A stretch of 64,000 nt of DNA from the IMG/VR virus record IMGVR_UViG_3300047557_002951, positions 32,001 through 96,000 of that record; one strand, written 5' to 3'. Position numbers and translations under genes: made by a program. This document shows positions 17,150 through 25,822 of the stretch, one piece after another. The notes under the pieces were generated by a model. The model searched no databases. It was given only the letters and a program-made list of their open reading frames with translations, and was not told the DNA's origin. Position 1 is the first letter of the stretch. Every line of letters starts with the position of its first letter. The stretch is from a virus.

Positions 17150-19655
17150 CTAACTTATTTTCCAGATTTTCAATTCTAATTTGCTGTTCTTTAATTGCTT
17201 CAATCAAAAGGCCAACCATATTAGAGTAATTTACTGACTTAATGCCATTACTATTTGTTTCGACAAGTTCTGGGAGTATATTTTCTACTTCTTGCGCAAT
17301 CAAACCAAGTGAAGGTTTGTTATTATTTACCCAATTGAATGTAACTCCTTGGAGTTTTTTTATAGTTTGAATTGGGGATTCAATTGGTTTTATGTTAGTT
17401 TTATGTGTTGCGTCTGATAATGAATTAAAGATATTAGCGAATAGAGTTCCAGTTAGTGGGTTAAATTGTAAGTTAGTTGATGAAACATTTACACTAGTTA
17501 CGGTTCCGCTAATCGCATCATCAAATATGGGATATCTGATTGCATCACTTGTCGTATCATCAGTGATAGTAAATCCACCATTATTTGCACCTTGGACACC
17601 TTGTGCTCCCTGGACACCTTGTGTACCTGTTGCTCCTTGTGCACCTTGTGTACCTGTTGCTCCTTGTGCACCTGTTGCTCCCTGGACACCTTGTGTACCT
17701 GTTGCTCCTTGTGCTCCTTGTGCACCTTGTGTACCTGTTGCTCCTTGTGCTCCTTGTGCACCTTGTGTACCTGTTGCTCCTTGTGCTCCTTGTGCACCTT
17801 GTGTACCTGTTGCTCCTTGTGCACCTGTTGCTCCCTGGACACCTTGTGTACCTGTTGCTCCTTGTGCTCCTTGTGCACCTTGTGTACCTGTTGCTCCTTG
17901 TGCTCCTTGTGCACCTTGTGTACCTGTTGCTCCTTGTGCTCCTTGTGCACCTTGTGTACCTGTTGCTCCTTGTGCACCTGTTGCTCCCTGGACACCTTGT
18001 GTACCTGTTGCTCCTTGTGCTCCCTGGACACCTTGTGTACCTGTTGCTCCTTGTGCACCTGTTGCTCCCTGGACACCTTGTGTACCTGTTGCTCCTTGTG
18101 CTCCCTGGACACCTTGAGCACCTTGAACTCCTTGTGCGCCTTGAACTCCTTGAGCACCTTGGACACCTTGAAGAGCTTGAGGTCCTTCTGGACCTTGAGC
18201 ACCTTGGACACCTTGAGCACCTTGGGCACCCTGACGGCCCTGAGCGCCTGTTGCGCCTTGAACTCCTTGTGCTCCTTGTGCTCCTTGAACACCTTGTGCT
18301 CCTTGTGGACCTTCAATTCCCTGTGGACCTGTAGCACCTTGAACACCTTGTGCTCCTTGTGGCCCTTGGACTCCTTGAAGAGCTTGAGGTCCTGTAGCAC
18401 CTTGAACTCCTTGAGCTCCTTGAGCTCCTTGAGCTCCTTGACGACCTTGTGCGCCTTGAGCCCCCACAGCACCCTGGACTCCCTGGGCACCTTGAACTCC
18501 TTGAGCACCTGTTGCTCCTTGAATACCTTGAGCACCCTGTACTCCCTGAGCTCCTTGAACACCTTGAGCACCTTGAGCACCTTGTGCGCCTTGAGTCCCC
18601 ACAGCACCCTGGACTCCCTGGGCACCTTGTGCACCTTGTGCACCTTGGGCACCTTGAACTCCTTGTGCTCCCTGCTCTCCTTGAGGACCAACAATAGTTC
18701 CAACATCATTCCAATTAGATCCAGTATATATCCACAAATTTCCAGTATCTGCCGCAATTACACCGTCTCCAATTGATGGAGGATACCAAGAAAAAAGAGT
18801 ATCATCTGAAGTTAATGTAGTATTTGGACTTGAAGTAGTAACCGATGGGACAGAACCAACTATTGTTACTGAAGTTCCATTTTGTCCTTGTGCTCCTTGA
18901 GCACCTTGAGCACCTTGAACTCCTTGGGCACCTTGAACTCCTTGGGCACCTTGAACTCCTTGGGCACCTTGGGCACCTTGGGCACCTTGGGCACCTTGGG
19001 CACCTACAGAACCTTGAACTCCTTGGGCACCTTGAACTCCTTGAGAACCCTGGACACCTTGAGAACCCTGGACACCTTGAGGTCCAGTACCACCCTGGAC
19101 ACCTTGAGGTCCAGTAGCACCCTGGATACCTTGGGATCCTTGAATACCTTCAACTCCTTGTGAACCTATGGCACCTTGAACACCTTGTAGACCTGTGGCA
19201 CCTTGAATTCCTTGAAATCCTTGGATACCTTGAAATCCTTGAGCACCAACAGCACCCTGGACTCCTTGTGCTCCTTGTGGACCTTGAATTCCTTGTGGGC
19301 CTGTGGAACCTTGAACTCCTTGAGCACCTTGAAATCCCTGAAGACCTTGACTGCCTAGCGGTTCACCCCAATATGCTGAATTTATACCATTTGATATTAA
19401 AACTTGTCCAGCAGACCCAGAACCGCTTTCTGTATATAAAGCCCCACTGAATCTGATATCACCAAGAACATCTAACTCTGATGTAGTTAAGATTCCGCTA
19501 ATCGATACATTCCCAAGAATATCTAATTTTTCTTTTGGCTGGGTAGATCCAATCCCAACATTAAACCCTGCGTCAGAATTTATAATTATATTTTGTGTAG
19601 AGTCATCAACTTGAATAAAATTTGCAAATTGAGATAGTTCTCTATTTATAGACAT
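17142..19655 (-). CDS. Collagen-like tail fibre with C-terminal S74-type intramolecular chaperone
   Basis: NVGIGST motif; about 53 + 123 Gly-X-Y triplets (mostly G-X-Q); C-terminal [10 protein letters not shown]...[13 protein letters not shown]...[16 protein letters not shown]. Confidence 0.9.
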   Translation of the reverse strand: MSINRELSQFANFIQVDDSTQNIIINSDAGFNVGIGSTQPKEKLDILGNVSISGILTTSELDVLGDIRFSGALYTESGSGSAGQVLISNGINSAYWGEPLGSQGLQGFQGAQGVQGSTGPQGIQGPQGAQGVQGAVGAQGFQGIQGFQGIQGATGLQGVQGAIGSQGVEGIQGSQGIQGATGPQGVQGGTGPQGVQGSQGVQGSQGVQGAQGVQGSVGAQGAQGAQGAQGAQGVQGAQGVQGAQGVQGAQGAQGAQGQNGTSVTIVGSVPSVTTSSPNTTLTSDDTLFSWYPPSIGDGVIAADTGNLWIYTGSNWNDVGTIVGPQGEQGAQGVQGAQGAQGAQGAQGVQGAVGTQGAQGAQGAQGVQGAQGVQGAQGIQGATGAQGVQGAQGVQGAVGAQGAQGRQGAQGAQGAQGVQGATGPQALQGVQGPQGAQGVQGATGPQGIEGPQGAQGVQGAQGAQGVQGATGAQGRQGAQGAQGVQGAQGPEGPQALQGVQGAQGVQGAQGVQGAQGVQGAQGATGTQGVQGATGAQGATGTQGVQGAQGATGTQGVQGATGAQGATGTQGAQGAQGATGTQGAQGAQGATGTQGAQGAQGATGTQGVQGATGAQGATGTQGAQGAQGATGTQGAQGAQGATGTQGAQGAQGATGTQGVQGATGAQGATGTQGAQGATGTQGVQGAQGVQGANNGGFTITDDTTSDAIRYPIFDDAISGTVTSVNVSSTNLQFNPLTGTLFANIFNSLSDATHKTNIKPIESPIQTIKKLQGVTFNWVNNNKPSLGLIAQEVENILPELVETNSNGIKSVNYSNMVGLLIEAIKEQQIRIENLENKLDA
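17590..18115 (-). repeat. Near-perfect 9-nt-periodic tandem repeat (27/36-nt units) encoding [12 protein letters not shown]
   Basis: Repeated ccttgtgtacctgttgctccttgtgc(t/a) units with identical codon usage. Confidence 0.9.
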
Positions 19656-19677
19656 CTTTACATTGCTTTTATATTTT

Positions 19678-19684
19678 TATTTAG
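19678..19684 (-). promoter_or_regulatory. Late promoter (CTAAATA)
   Basis: About 22 nt upstream of the collagen fibre ATG. Confidence 0.6.
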
Positions 19685-20551
19685 TTATACTGCAGTAGTG
19701 CTTAGATTTCCGGAGTCATCAACGATTAATCTGTATGCAGTTCCATTTGGAGAAGTTAAAATAACTCCATGTGATGTATTTAATCCTACAGATACATCAC
19801 CACCAATAATAGTCAATTTTGATGTTGCATTTGTTGTTCCTATTCCAACATTAGATGTTGTGTGAATTCCCGAATTATTTGAACTCCAATATGAATAATA
19901 ATTTATTGTGGATCCCTCACTAGATCCGGATCCAGTGCTAACTGTAGCATATGATAAAATATCAATAACTTCTCCACCAAAACAAGAATTATTTAATATA
20001 ATGCTTGTTCCATTTGATGCAACATAATCCGACTCAGTTAGTCTGATGCCATTTATATAAACATCCACAAATCCAACATTATAAGATGTAGTAAATTCAG
20101 TTTGTCCAACTGTTGCTACTGTTGATATACCAGTTCTTAATGTTGGAAGTTGAAGACTTATGTCAATGGAACTTGATCCAGCTCCAACCCAAGAAGATGG
20201 ATTTGTCAGAACAAACTCATTGCTGACAAAATTAATATCAGTGACTTGGTTTACACCACCAACAATTACTCCCGCATCACGAACTGTAATAGATCCAGGT
20301 ATAAAAACTCCATTAGAAATGATATCGGTTTGTTTTGCCCAATATCTATTTCCAGACCCAGTATTATCGGAGACTAAAAAATAAAGATCTGAAATATTTC
20401 CAATATATGGGTTTATCCCAACAGAAGAAACCCCAATAATAGGATCTCCTAAATCTGGTTCTGCTTGCTCCAGTCCTAAAAATTGATAACGATCGCTATT
20501 AATTCCTGATTGTGGAGTTTTTTTAACTCTACCTGAGACTATTTTTGCCAT
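19685..20551 (-). CDS. Virion structural/fibre protein
   Basis: SGRVKK...RYQFLGLEQAEPDLGDP start; GQTEF...VDVYINGIRL...DY.A.NG domain; NVGIGTT motif. Confidence 0.65.
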   Translation of the reverse strand: MAKIVSGRVKKTPQSGINSDRYQFLGLEQAEPDLGDPIIGVSSVGINPYIGNISDLYFLVSDNTGSGNRYWAKQTDIISNGVFIPGSITVRDAGVIVGGVNQVTDINFVSNEFVLTNPSSWVGAGSSSIDISLQLPTLRTGISTVATVGQTEFTTSYNVGFVDVYINGIRLTESDYVASNGTSIILNNSCFGGEVIDILSYATVSTGSGSSEGSTINYYSYWSSNNSGIHTTSNVGIGTTNATSKLTIIGGDVSVGLNTSHGVILTSPNGTAYRLIVDDSGNLSTTAV

Positions 20552-20555
20552 TTAC

Positions 20556-20906
20556 TTATTGTTTTGCAGTTTCGAGGATACTTAATACAATATTTAATTT
20601 ACTATCTTCTGTTGCTTGAACTTTGATTACATCATTAGTCTCAAGTGCCAATCTCCCATCTGGAACTAAATTTACACTATCATTAGGTGGGACATAAGCA
20701 CCATTTGCAAATTTATAATCTTCCGGATTTTCACTTAAACGAGAATGCCAAGCAGTAACTTGTACAGTGCTGTCAGATGTTAAATTTGTAACATGAGCTA
20801 GAATGACAATAGCTGCTACACCAACAGGACAAGTATAAATTCCAACTTGACTTGATGTTATGTCTTTGCGAATTGTTTTAAATCTGTTAAGTGCTACTGC
20901 TGCCAT
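20556..20906 (-). CDS. Small conserved virion protein
   Basis: ALNRFKT...IYTCPVG...GRLALETND...SILET pattern. Confidence 0.6.
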   Translation of the reverse strand: MAAVALNRFKTIRKDITSSQVGIYTCPVGVAAIVILAHVTNLTSDSTVQVTAWHSRLSENPEDYKFANGAYVPPNDSVNLVPDGRLALETNDVIKVQATEDSKLNIVLSILETAKQ

Positions 20907-20907
20907 T

Positions 20908-23900
20908 TTAATTACCTAATGCGATGATGAGTGGTGTTATTGTGTTTGTTATGCTTTGATCAAATGATCTTCCAGTCAATGTTCCAGTTAATTGATTTAC
21001 TACTAGACCATCACCAATTCTAAAATTACCTGCTTGATCTGTGCTGGTGTAAACGACCTCTCCTCCATTTAATTTCACAACTTCATTTTCTGGTATTACA
21101 ACTCCACCAAGAGCAGGTTTTGCAGTATTAATATTATTTCCAGATCCAACCCACTCAAAAGAATGAGAAGATGTAATCTGAAGACTCAATCGATTTAAAT
21201 AAACAGTGGTTCCAGCACTTACTGTATTATTTAGATTTGTATTGAGAGTAACTGTTGAAATTCCTGCAAAAGGTAAAGTTGCAGATTCAATTGTGTAATA
21301 TATTGGATATAAATTCAATGATGCCGTTGCAGTTACTCCAGTACCTATAGGTCCTGCAATTGCAATTTGTGGGTTATCGATAAATCTATATTGATTGCCA
21401 GTACTAATAATATCAATAGAAGTTACAGACCCATTTTCAATATTTGCAATTGCTTCAGCGCGAATACCATTTGGGCCAGTTGGTTCATCGATTACTACTA
21501 ATGGAGATTGAGTATAACCAGATCCACCATTAGTTACCTCTATACTTTGTACAGTATAATAAATTTCTCCAAAATGAACAGTTTGCCCATCATAAGGTCT
21601 TAGATTTCCGATGCCAGAAACCTCAACAATTGCTTGCTCCAATTCTGCATCAGTGTTTGCAATTCCAGTATAACGATAAATTGACTTAGTATTATAATCA
21701 CCAACACCATCACTAACTAAACCTTTTGTACCGAAGGAAGAGTTGGAGTTTGTAATATCACATTGACCACCAGAACCAGTAAAGATTGCAATATCGTCAC
21801 AGATCGTAAAGATAGAAACTAACTGAGAGTAAGCACCATTAGTGATTGAAACACCAATACCACCTTGATTGTATTGAGTGTAAGAGTCAACACTCATTGT
21901 ACCAGTTACACCAATATCATCTTTATCTCCTGGTTCTGCATCAAATCCATCAACCTTCATTCCAATTGATTTTGGAATGAAGTTGGTGCAGTTTCTAATG
22001 TATGGACCTTGTGTAATAGGTCCAACACCAGGAGAATATGGTGGGAATACAACACCACCAGAAACATAAGTATGTGGAATTGTAGAAACTCCAGTATTGA
22101 CTACAAAAGTAGTTCCTGTTCCAATAACCTGAAGAACTTTAAAATCATATCCAAGATTTCCTGTTGGATAAAGTGTTGTTGTACCTGCTCCACTTGTACA
22201 AGAGAATTTTAGATCGTGGAGTTTTACAAACTGACCAACCTTTACAGTAGCACCAGGAGCAGTGATAGTTGTAATGCCTGTTACATTATCATAAGAAGCA
22301 GTTGTAACTCCAATTGCACGGTTAACAACAAAACCACCACCAATATAATTATGTGCAATTGTTGAAATTCCAGTATTGATTACAAACGAACCGTCGCTAT
22401 TAACGGATGTTACATCAAACTCATAACCATAAGCACCTGATGGATATTTTTGAGTTCCAATAGAACCACCAGAAGTACAATTGAATAAAAGATCTCTTAC
22501 TTCAACAATATCTCCAGCTTTGACTGAGAGTGTTGGGGCAAGAATTGTTGTTGTCCCTGAAGTGTGATCATAAACAGCACTTGTAACACCAATTATAGAA
22601 TCAGTTCCAAGACCTGCATTTGCGGGGAATGAAGTATTAATTCCAGCACCAAGAACTGTAAGACCATTATCAAGGATGGATGTTACAACACCTACGCAAG
22701 AATAGATTGCAGAAACAACATTTGCACAAGATCCAATATCTTCATTAGATCCAGTGGCATCATCTGCCTGCATTGCTAGATCTTTAACCTGACTATAGGT
22801 TGACTGATAGTTTCCAGTCCAAGAAACATTATTGATGCAAGATCTTGCGATTCCTGCAGCATAGTTCAGTGCATCAATCGTTGCTGTTTTAACACTATAT
22901 CCATTTGGATCAGTGCCAGTAATGTGTAATAATGCGCCAGAATCACTATAGTAAGACTTACCTGCACCAACACACTTGAGATTTCCACCTCTTGTAATGT
23001 CGTGGATGATTGCCTTCAGTACATCTTTAATATCATCGCTACAATTTACAGGTGCTGTTGGAGTTCCTGATCCATCAACAACAACAAATGCAGGACTCTT
23101 ATAGTCGGTACTAGTTAAGTATCCAACTGTCTCTGCTGCGATAAAGTCAAGATTATAACGAATCATTCTTGCCGCATCAAAGAAGCGATCTGTTGCAACA
23201 CCAGCAAGTGGTTGTAGTGAAACAATCGCAGCACCATCACTCATATCAGGACCAATGAAACTCAAGTCCGTGATATGACAACTATTGTTTACATAGAATA
23301 AGTCTCTATTTGTATATTTTGGAGTAACTACACAGTTACGAAGTTCTGTACCTTCAACCGCAACTCTCTTGGAAAGATAGATTGGATTTTCCTCAATATA
23401 AACACCAGGGAATACCTTAATTGTATCACCAGGAAAAGCAATGGCGGCAGCTGCTTTAATTGTTCTTTTAGAATCATTTTCAGTTAAACCACTATTTGTA
23501 TCATTGCCATTTTGTGTTACAAAAATTGTCTTACCAATCGGGAAATAAGAATCAATGTTGACAACACCTTTACCTGGATTTTCTGTTGTGGTTAATCGAA
23601 CTCCAATCCCTGCGGTAATTTGGGTTACAATTCCAGATAATACTTCCCCATTCCCCAAATATGTAAGAGCATTAACGGTATTAGTAGTGACAGTTTCTGC
23701 TACTGACACATTTGTAGCGGTAACAAATCCTAAAGTGCTGATTCCAGAAACATTCAATTGAGTTACTGATGCAATTCCACCAACAACATTGATTGCTGTG
23801 GTTGAAGTGCCAACAGTGATTTCAGTGCTATTATTCCACGCTGGGGATGATCCTGGACCTCCTGATAATAAAACTTGACCCAATTCTCCGGAAAACTTGT

Positions 23901-24282
23901 ATCTTTGAAAACTAAAAGTTACTGTTGTAAGTCCAGAGTTGGTATGATTTGGAACAATTCCAAGAGAACTTGCACCAATACTAACAATTCTTGTATTATT
24001 TTGTATGAATGTTCCTGTTACATAATCACCAACTAAAAGTCCAGAAGTATTAATTCCAGAAATAAAGTCTAGAGATGTTGCTGAAGCGATACCAGTAGTA
24101 GATCCAATACTGGTATTGGAAGTTGGGACATAAATTCCACCACTTATTGATAAGTCACCATTAACGGATAAAATATAGTCCGGAGTAGTTGTGCCGATAC
24201 CAACTTTCTGACCTTCGGTGAAGATCAAATTGTCTGCTACTTCCAGACCATTCTTTACGACAAACGACTTGTTGACACTCAT
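20908..24282 (-). CDS. Large tail fibre/structural protein with beta-helix (pectin-lyase-like) region
   Basis: 1124 aa; NKSFVVKNGL start, FVTQNGNDTNSG...KRTIKAA cap, internal domain duplication, PYIRNCTNF...SMSVDSYTQYNQGG. Confidence 0.75.
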   Translation of the reverse strand: MSVNKSFVVKNGLEVADNLIFTEGQKVGIGTTTPDYILSVNGDLSISGGIYVPTSNTSIGSTTGIASATSLDFISGINTSGLLVGDYVTGTFIQNNTRIVSIGASSLGIVPNHTNSGLTTVTFSFQRYKFSGELGQVLLSGGPGSSPAWNNSTEITVGTSTTAINVVGGIASVTQLNVSGISTLGFVTATNVSVAETVTTNTVNALTYLGNGEVLSGIVTQITAGIGVRLTTTENPGKGVVNIDSYFPIGKTIFVTQNGNDTNSGLTENDSKRTIKAAAAIAFPGDTIKVFPGVYIEENPIYLSKRVAVEGTELRNCVVTPKYTNRDLFYVNNSCHITDLSFIGPDMSDGAAIVSLQPLAGVATDRFFDAARMIRYNLDFIAAETVGYLTSTDYKSPAFVVVDGSGTPTAPVNCSDDIKDVLKAIIHDITRGGNLKCVGAGKSYYSDSGALLHITGTDPNGYSVKTATIDALNYAAGIARSCINNVSWTGNYQSTYSQVKDLAMQADDATGSNEDIGSCANVVSAIYSCVGVVTSILDNGLTVLGAGINTSFPANAGLGTDSIIGVTSAVYDHTSGTTTILAPTLSVKAGDIVEVRDLLFNCTSGGSIGTQKYPSGAYGYEFDVTSVNSDGSFVINTGISTIAHNYIGGGFVVNRAIGVTTASYDNVTGITTITAPGATVKVGQFVKLHDLKFSCTSGAGTTTLYPTGNLGYDFKVLQVIGTGTTFVVNTGVSTIPHTYVSGGVVFPPYSPGVGPITQGPYIRNCTNFIPKSIGMKVDGFDAEPGDKDDIGVTGTMSVDSYTQYNQGGIGVSITNGAYSQLVSIFTICDDIAIFTGSGGQCDITNSNSSFGTKGLVSDGVGDYNTKSIYRYTGIANTDAELEQAIVEVSGIGNLRPYDGQTVHFGEIYYTVQSIEVTNGGSGYTQSPLVVIDEPTGPNGIRAEAIANIENGSVTSIDIISTGNQYRFIDNPQIAIAGPIGTGVTATASLNLYPIYYTIESATLPFAGISTVTLNTNLNNTVSAGTTVYLNRLSLQITSSHSFEWVGSGNNINTAKPALGGVVIPENEVVKLNGGEVVYTSTDQAGNFRIGDGLVVNQLTGTLTGRSFDQSITNTITPLIIALGN

Positions 24283-24320
24283 TTGTTCTCCCTAGAGGTT
24301 CACTATCCCCTCTTTTTATT

Positions 24321-24328
24321 TATTTATA
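24321..24328 (-). promoter_or_regulatory. Late promoter (TATAAATA)
   Basis: Perfect consensus; GGGAG SD before ATG 24282. Confidence 0.75.
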
Positions 24329-24330
24329 AT

Positions 24331-25299
24331 TTAATATACTGTGGTTGTGTGTACAATTGAATTTGTTCCAGGATACACATAAATTGATCCGGCACCATTT
24401 CCAGAAAAAGATGCACTTCTAACTGTTATACTAGAACAGTCGAAGGCATATGCTCCATATGCTCCGGTATCACGAATATGTGCTCCATCACCCAATCTTA
24501 TGCAACCATTGTTAAATGCAAGTAAACCATGCTCATTGATGTTTGTTATAATATCTCTATCGGAATCAATGTTTGCGCTATAGCTAGAAAAACTACCTCC
24601 AGTGGATGCTTGTATTCCTCTACCACAATCTGAAACAATAATACTGTAAGCACTAATTAAACTACTATCTGCGAGTATTCCAGTACTATTTCCAGATGGA
24701 CCATTAAATCCATGAAATGCACAGTTTTCAAGTCTAGCAGATCCTGCCAAACCTCTACTGTCTACAGTAGGACTTGCCACCTGATTTCCCGGAGAACCAT
24801 TCCAAGTTCCAAAAAATACAATATTAGAAAATCCACCTACACCACCAGTTGCTCCGCCTAAAGCAGATTTCATGTAAAATCCATTATATGAAAAATGAAA
24901 TCTTGTGGGGTAGTGATTTGCTAGTGTTGTGTAATTTTGTGCTTTTGTTTGTGATGCCAGTGTAGTAGAAGTTGGTCTAGTTCCTACTCTACTTGCACCT
25001 ACTATTTTAATTTGTCCACCTTGTGGAGGATTTAAAATAAGATATTGATTAATATCACTAGATCCTCTAAAGTAATAGTCTCCAGCAGGAACATTTAGTT
25101 CTATAATCACATTTGGATCATATACTCTATTAACTACATCACTATATACTCTTTTAAACAAATCCCCATTTGCTTCATAATCAGTAGTTGATATTGTACC
25201 ATAACTTGATAAATTAAATGTTACGGTGCTCGCAAAAGTATCATCCGCAATTCTTTCTCTGCTAATATTATTCCTAAAAGAAGAAGTATATTGTGGCAT
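24331..25299 (-). CDS. Putative receptor-binding/depolymerase protein (right-handed beta-helix)
   Basis: LNVPAGDY followed by repeated GIxAxxGG/GAYAFD beta-helix rungs. Confidence 0.5.
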   Translation of the reverse strand: MPQYTSSFRNNISRERIADDTFASTVTFNLSSYGTISTTDYEANGDLFKRVYSDVVNRVYDPNVIIELNVPAGDYYFRGSSDINQYLILNPPQGGQIKIVGASRVGTRPTSTTLASQTKAQNYTTLANHYPTRFHFSYNGFYMKSALGGATGGVGGFSNIVFFGTWNGSPGNQVASPTVDSRGLAGSARLENCAFHGFNGPSGNSTGILADSSLISAYSIIVSDCGRGIQASTGGSFSSYSANIDSDRDIITNINEHGLLAFNNGCIRLGDGAHIRDTGAYGAYAFDCSSITVRSASFSGNGAGSIYVYPGTNSIVHTTTVY

Positions 25300-25314
25300 T
25301 TTAGGTCTCCTGGA

Positions 25315-25797
25315 TTAGTTTACGATGCGCCAATCATAAGTAGAACCACACCACATCAAAGTAATTGCTTGGCTATCAACATCCATAATAAGTGTATCTC
25401 CAGCAGCTCCACCTTGAATTCTATCTACATTATTTGGATCTATTATTATATTATTTTTAAACGCATTTCCAGTATTAGTCTCGCCAGTTCCTATATCAAC
25501 AATACGAACCCAATCTCCAAGTTGCACTGAAGAACCAATAGGAAGAACTACTGTTCTTACATTGGAAGTATTTAATAATAAAACTTTATTCATATCATTT
25601 GCAGTCAAAGTAACATCTGTTGATATTACGGTATCATTATATACAGAAAATCTAGTCCTTCCAGTAATTACACCTTCACATTCAATAGAAGGAACATTAA
25701 TAATAGGACTATTATTTAAATTGAGATTATCACCAGAAGGTAGTTCTTTGAACCTATTGTCTGTAGAATCAAATATTAATGGATATCTATCAGCCAT
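25315..25797 (-). CDS. Short fibre adaptor protein
   Basis: MADRYPLI start; VVLP...GDWVRIVD...LIMDVD..AITLMW...WRI domain typical of T4-like fibre adaptors. Confidence 0.55.
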   Translation of the reverse strand: MADRYPLIFDSTDNRFKELPSGDNLNLNNSPIINVPSIECEGVITGRTRFSVYNDTVISTDVTLTANDMNKVLLLNTSNVRTVVLPIGSSVQLGDWVRIVDIGTGETNTGNAFKNNIIIDPNNVDRIQGGAAGDTLIMDVDSQAITLMWCGSTYDWRIVN

Positions 25798-25813
25798 TTT
25801 TAGAGTTTTCTTT

Positions 25814-25821
25814 TATTTATG
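25814..25821 (-). promoter_or_regulatory. Late promoter (CATAAATA)
   Basis: Intergenic, upstream of ATG 25797. Confidence 0.6.
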
Positions 25822-25822
25822 T

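Noticed and set aside
17392-19450. Long alternative-frame ORFs (PCAPCV, HKEHKV, LLVHLV, CSLCTL repeats)
   Set aside because: Shadows of the 9-nt collagen periodicity; no RBS or promoter.
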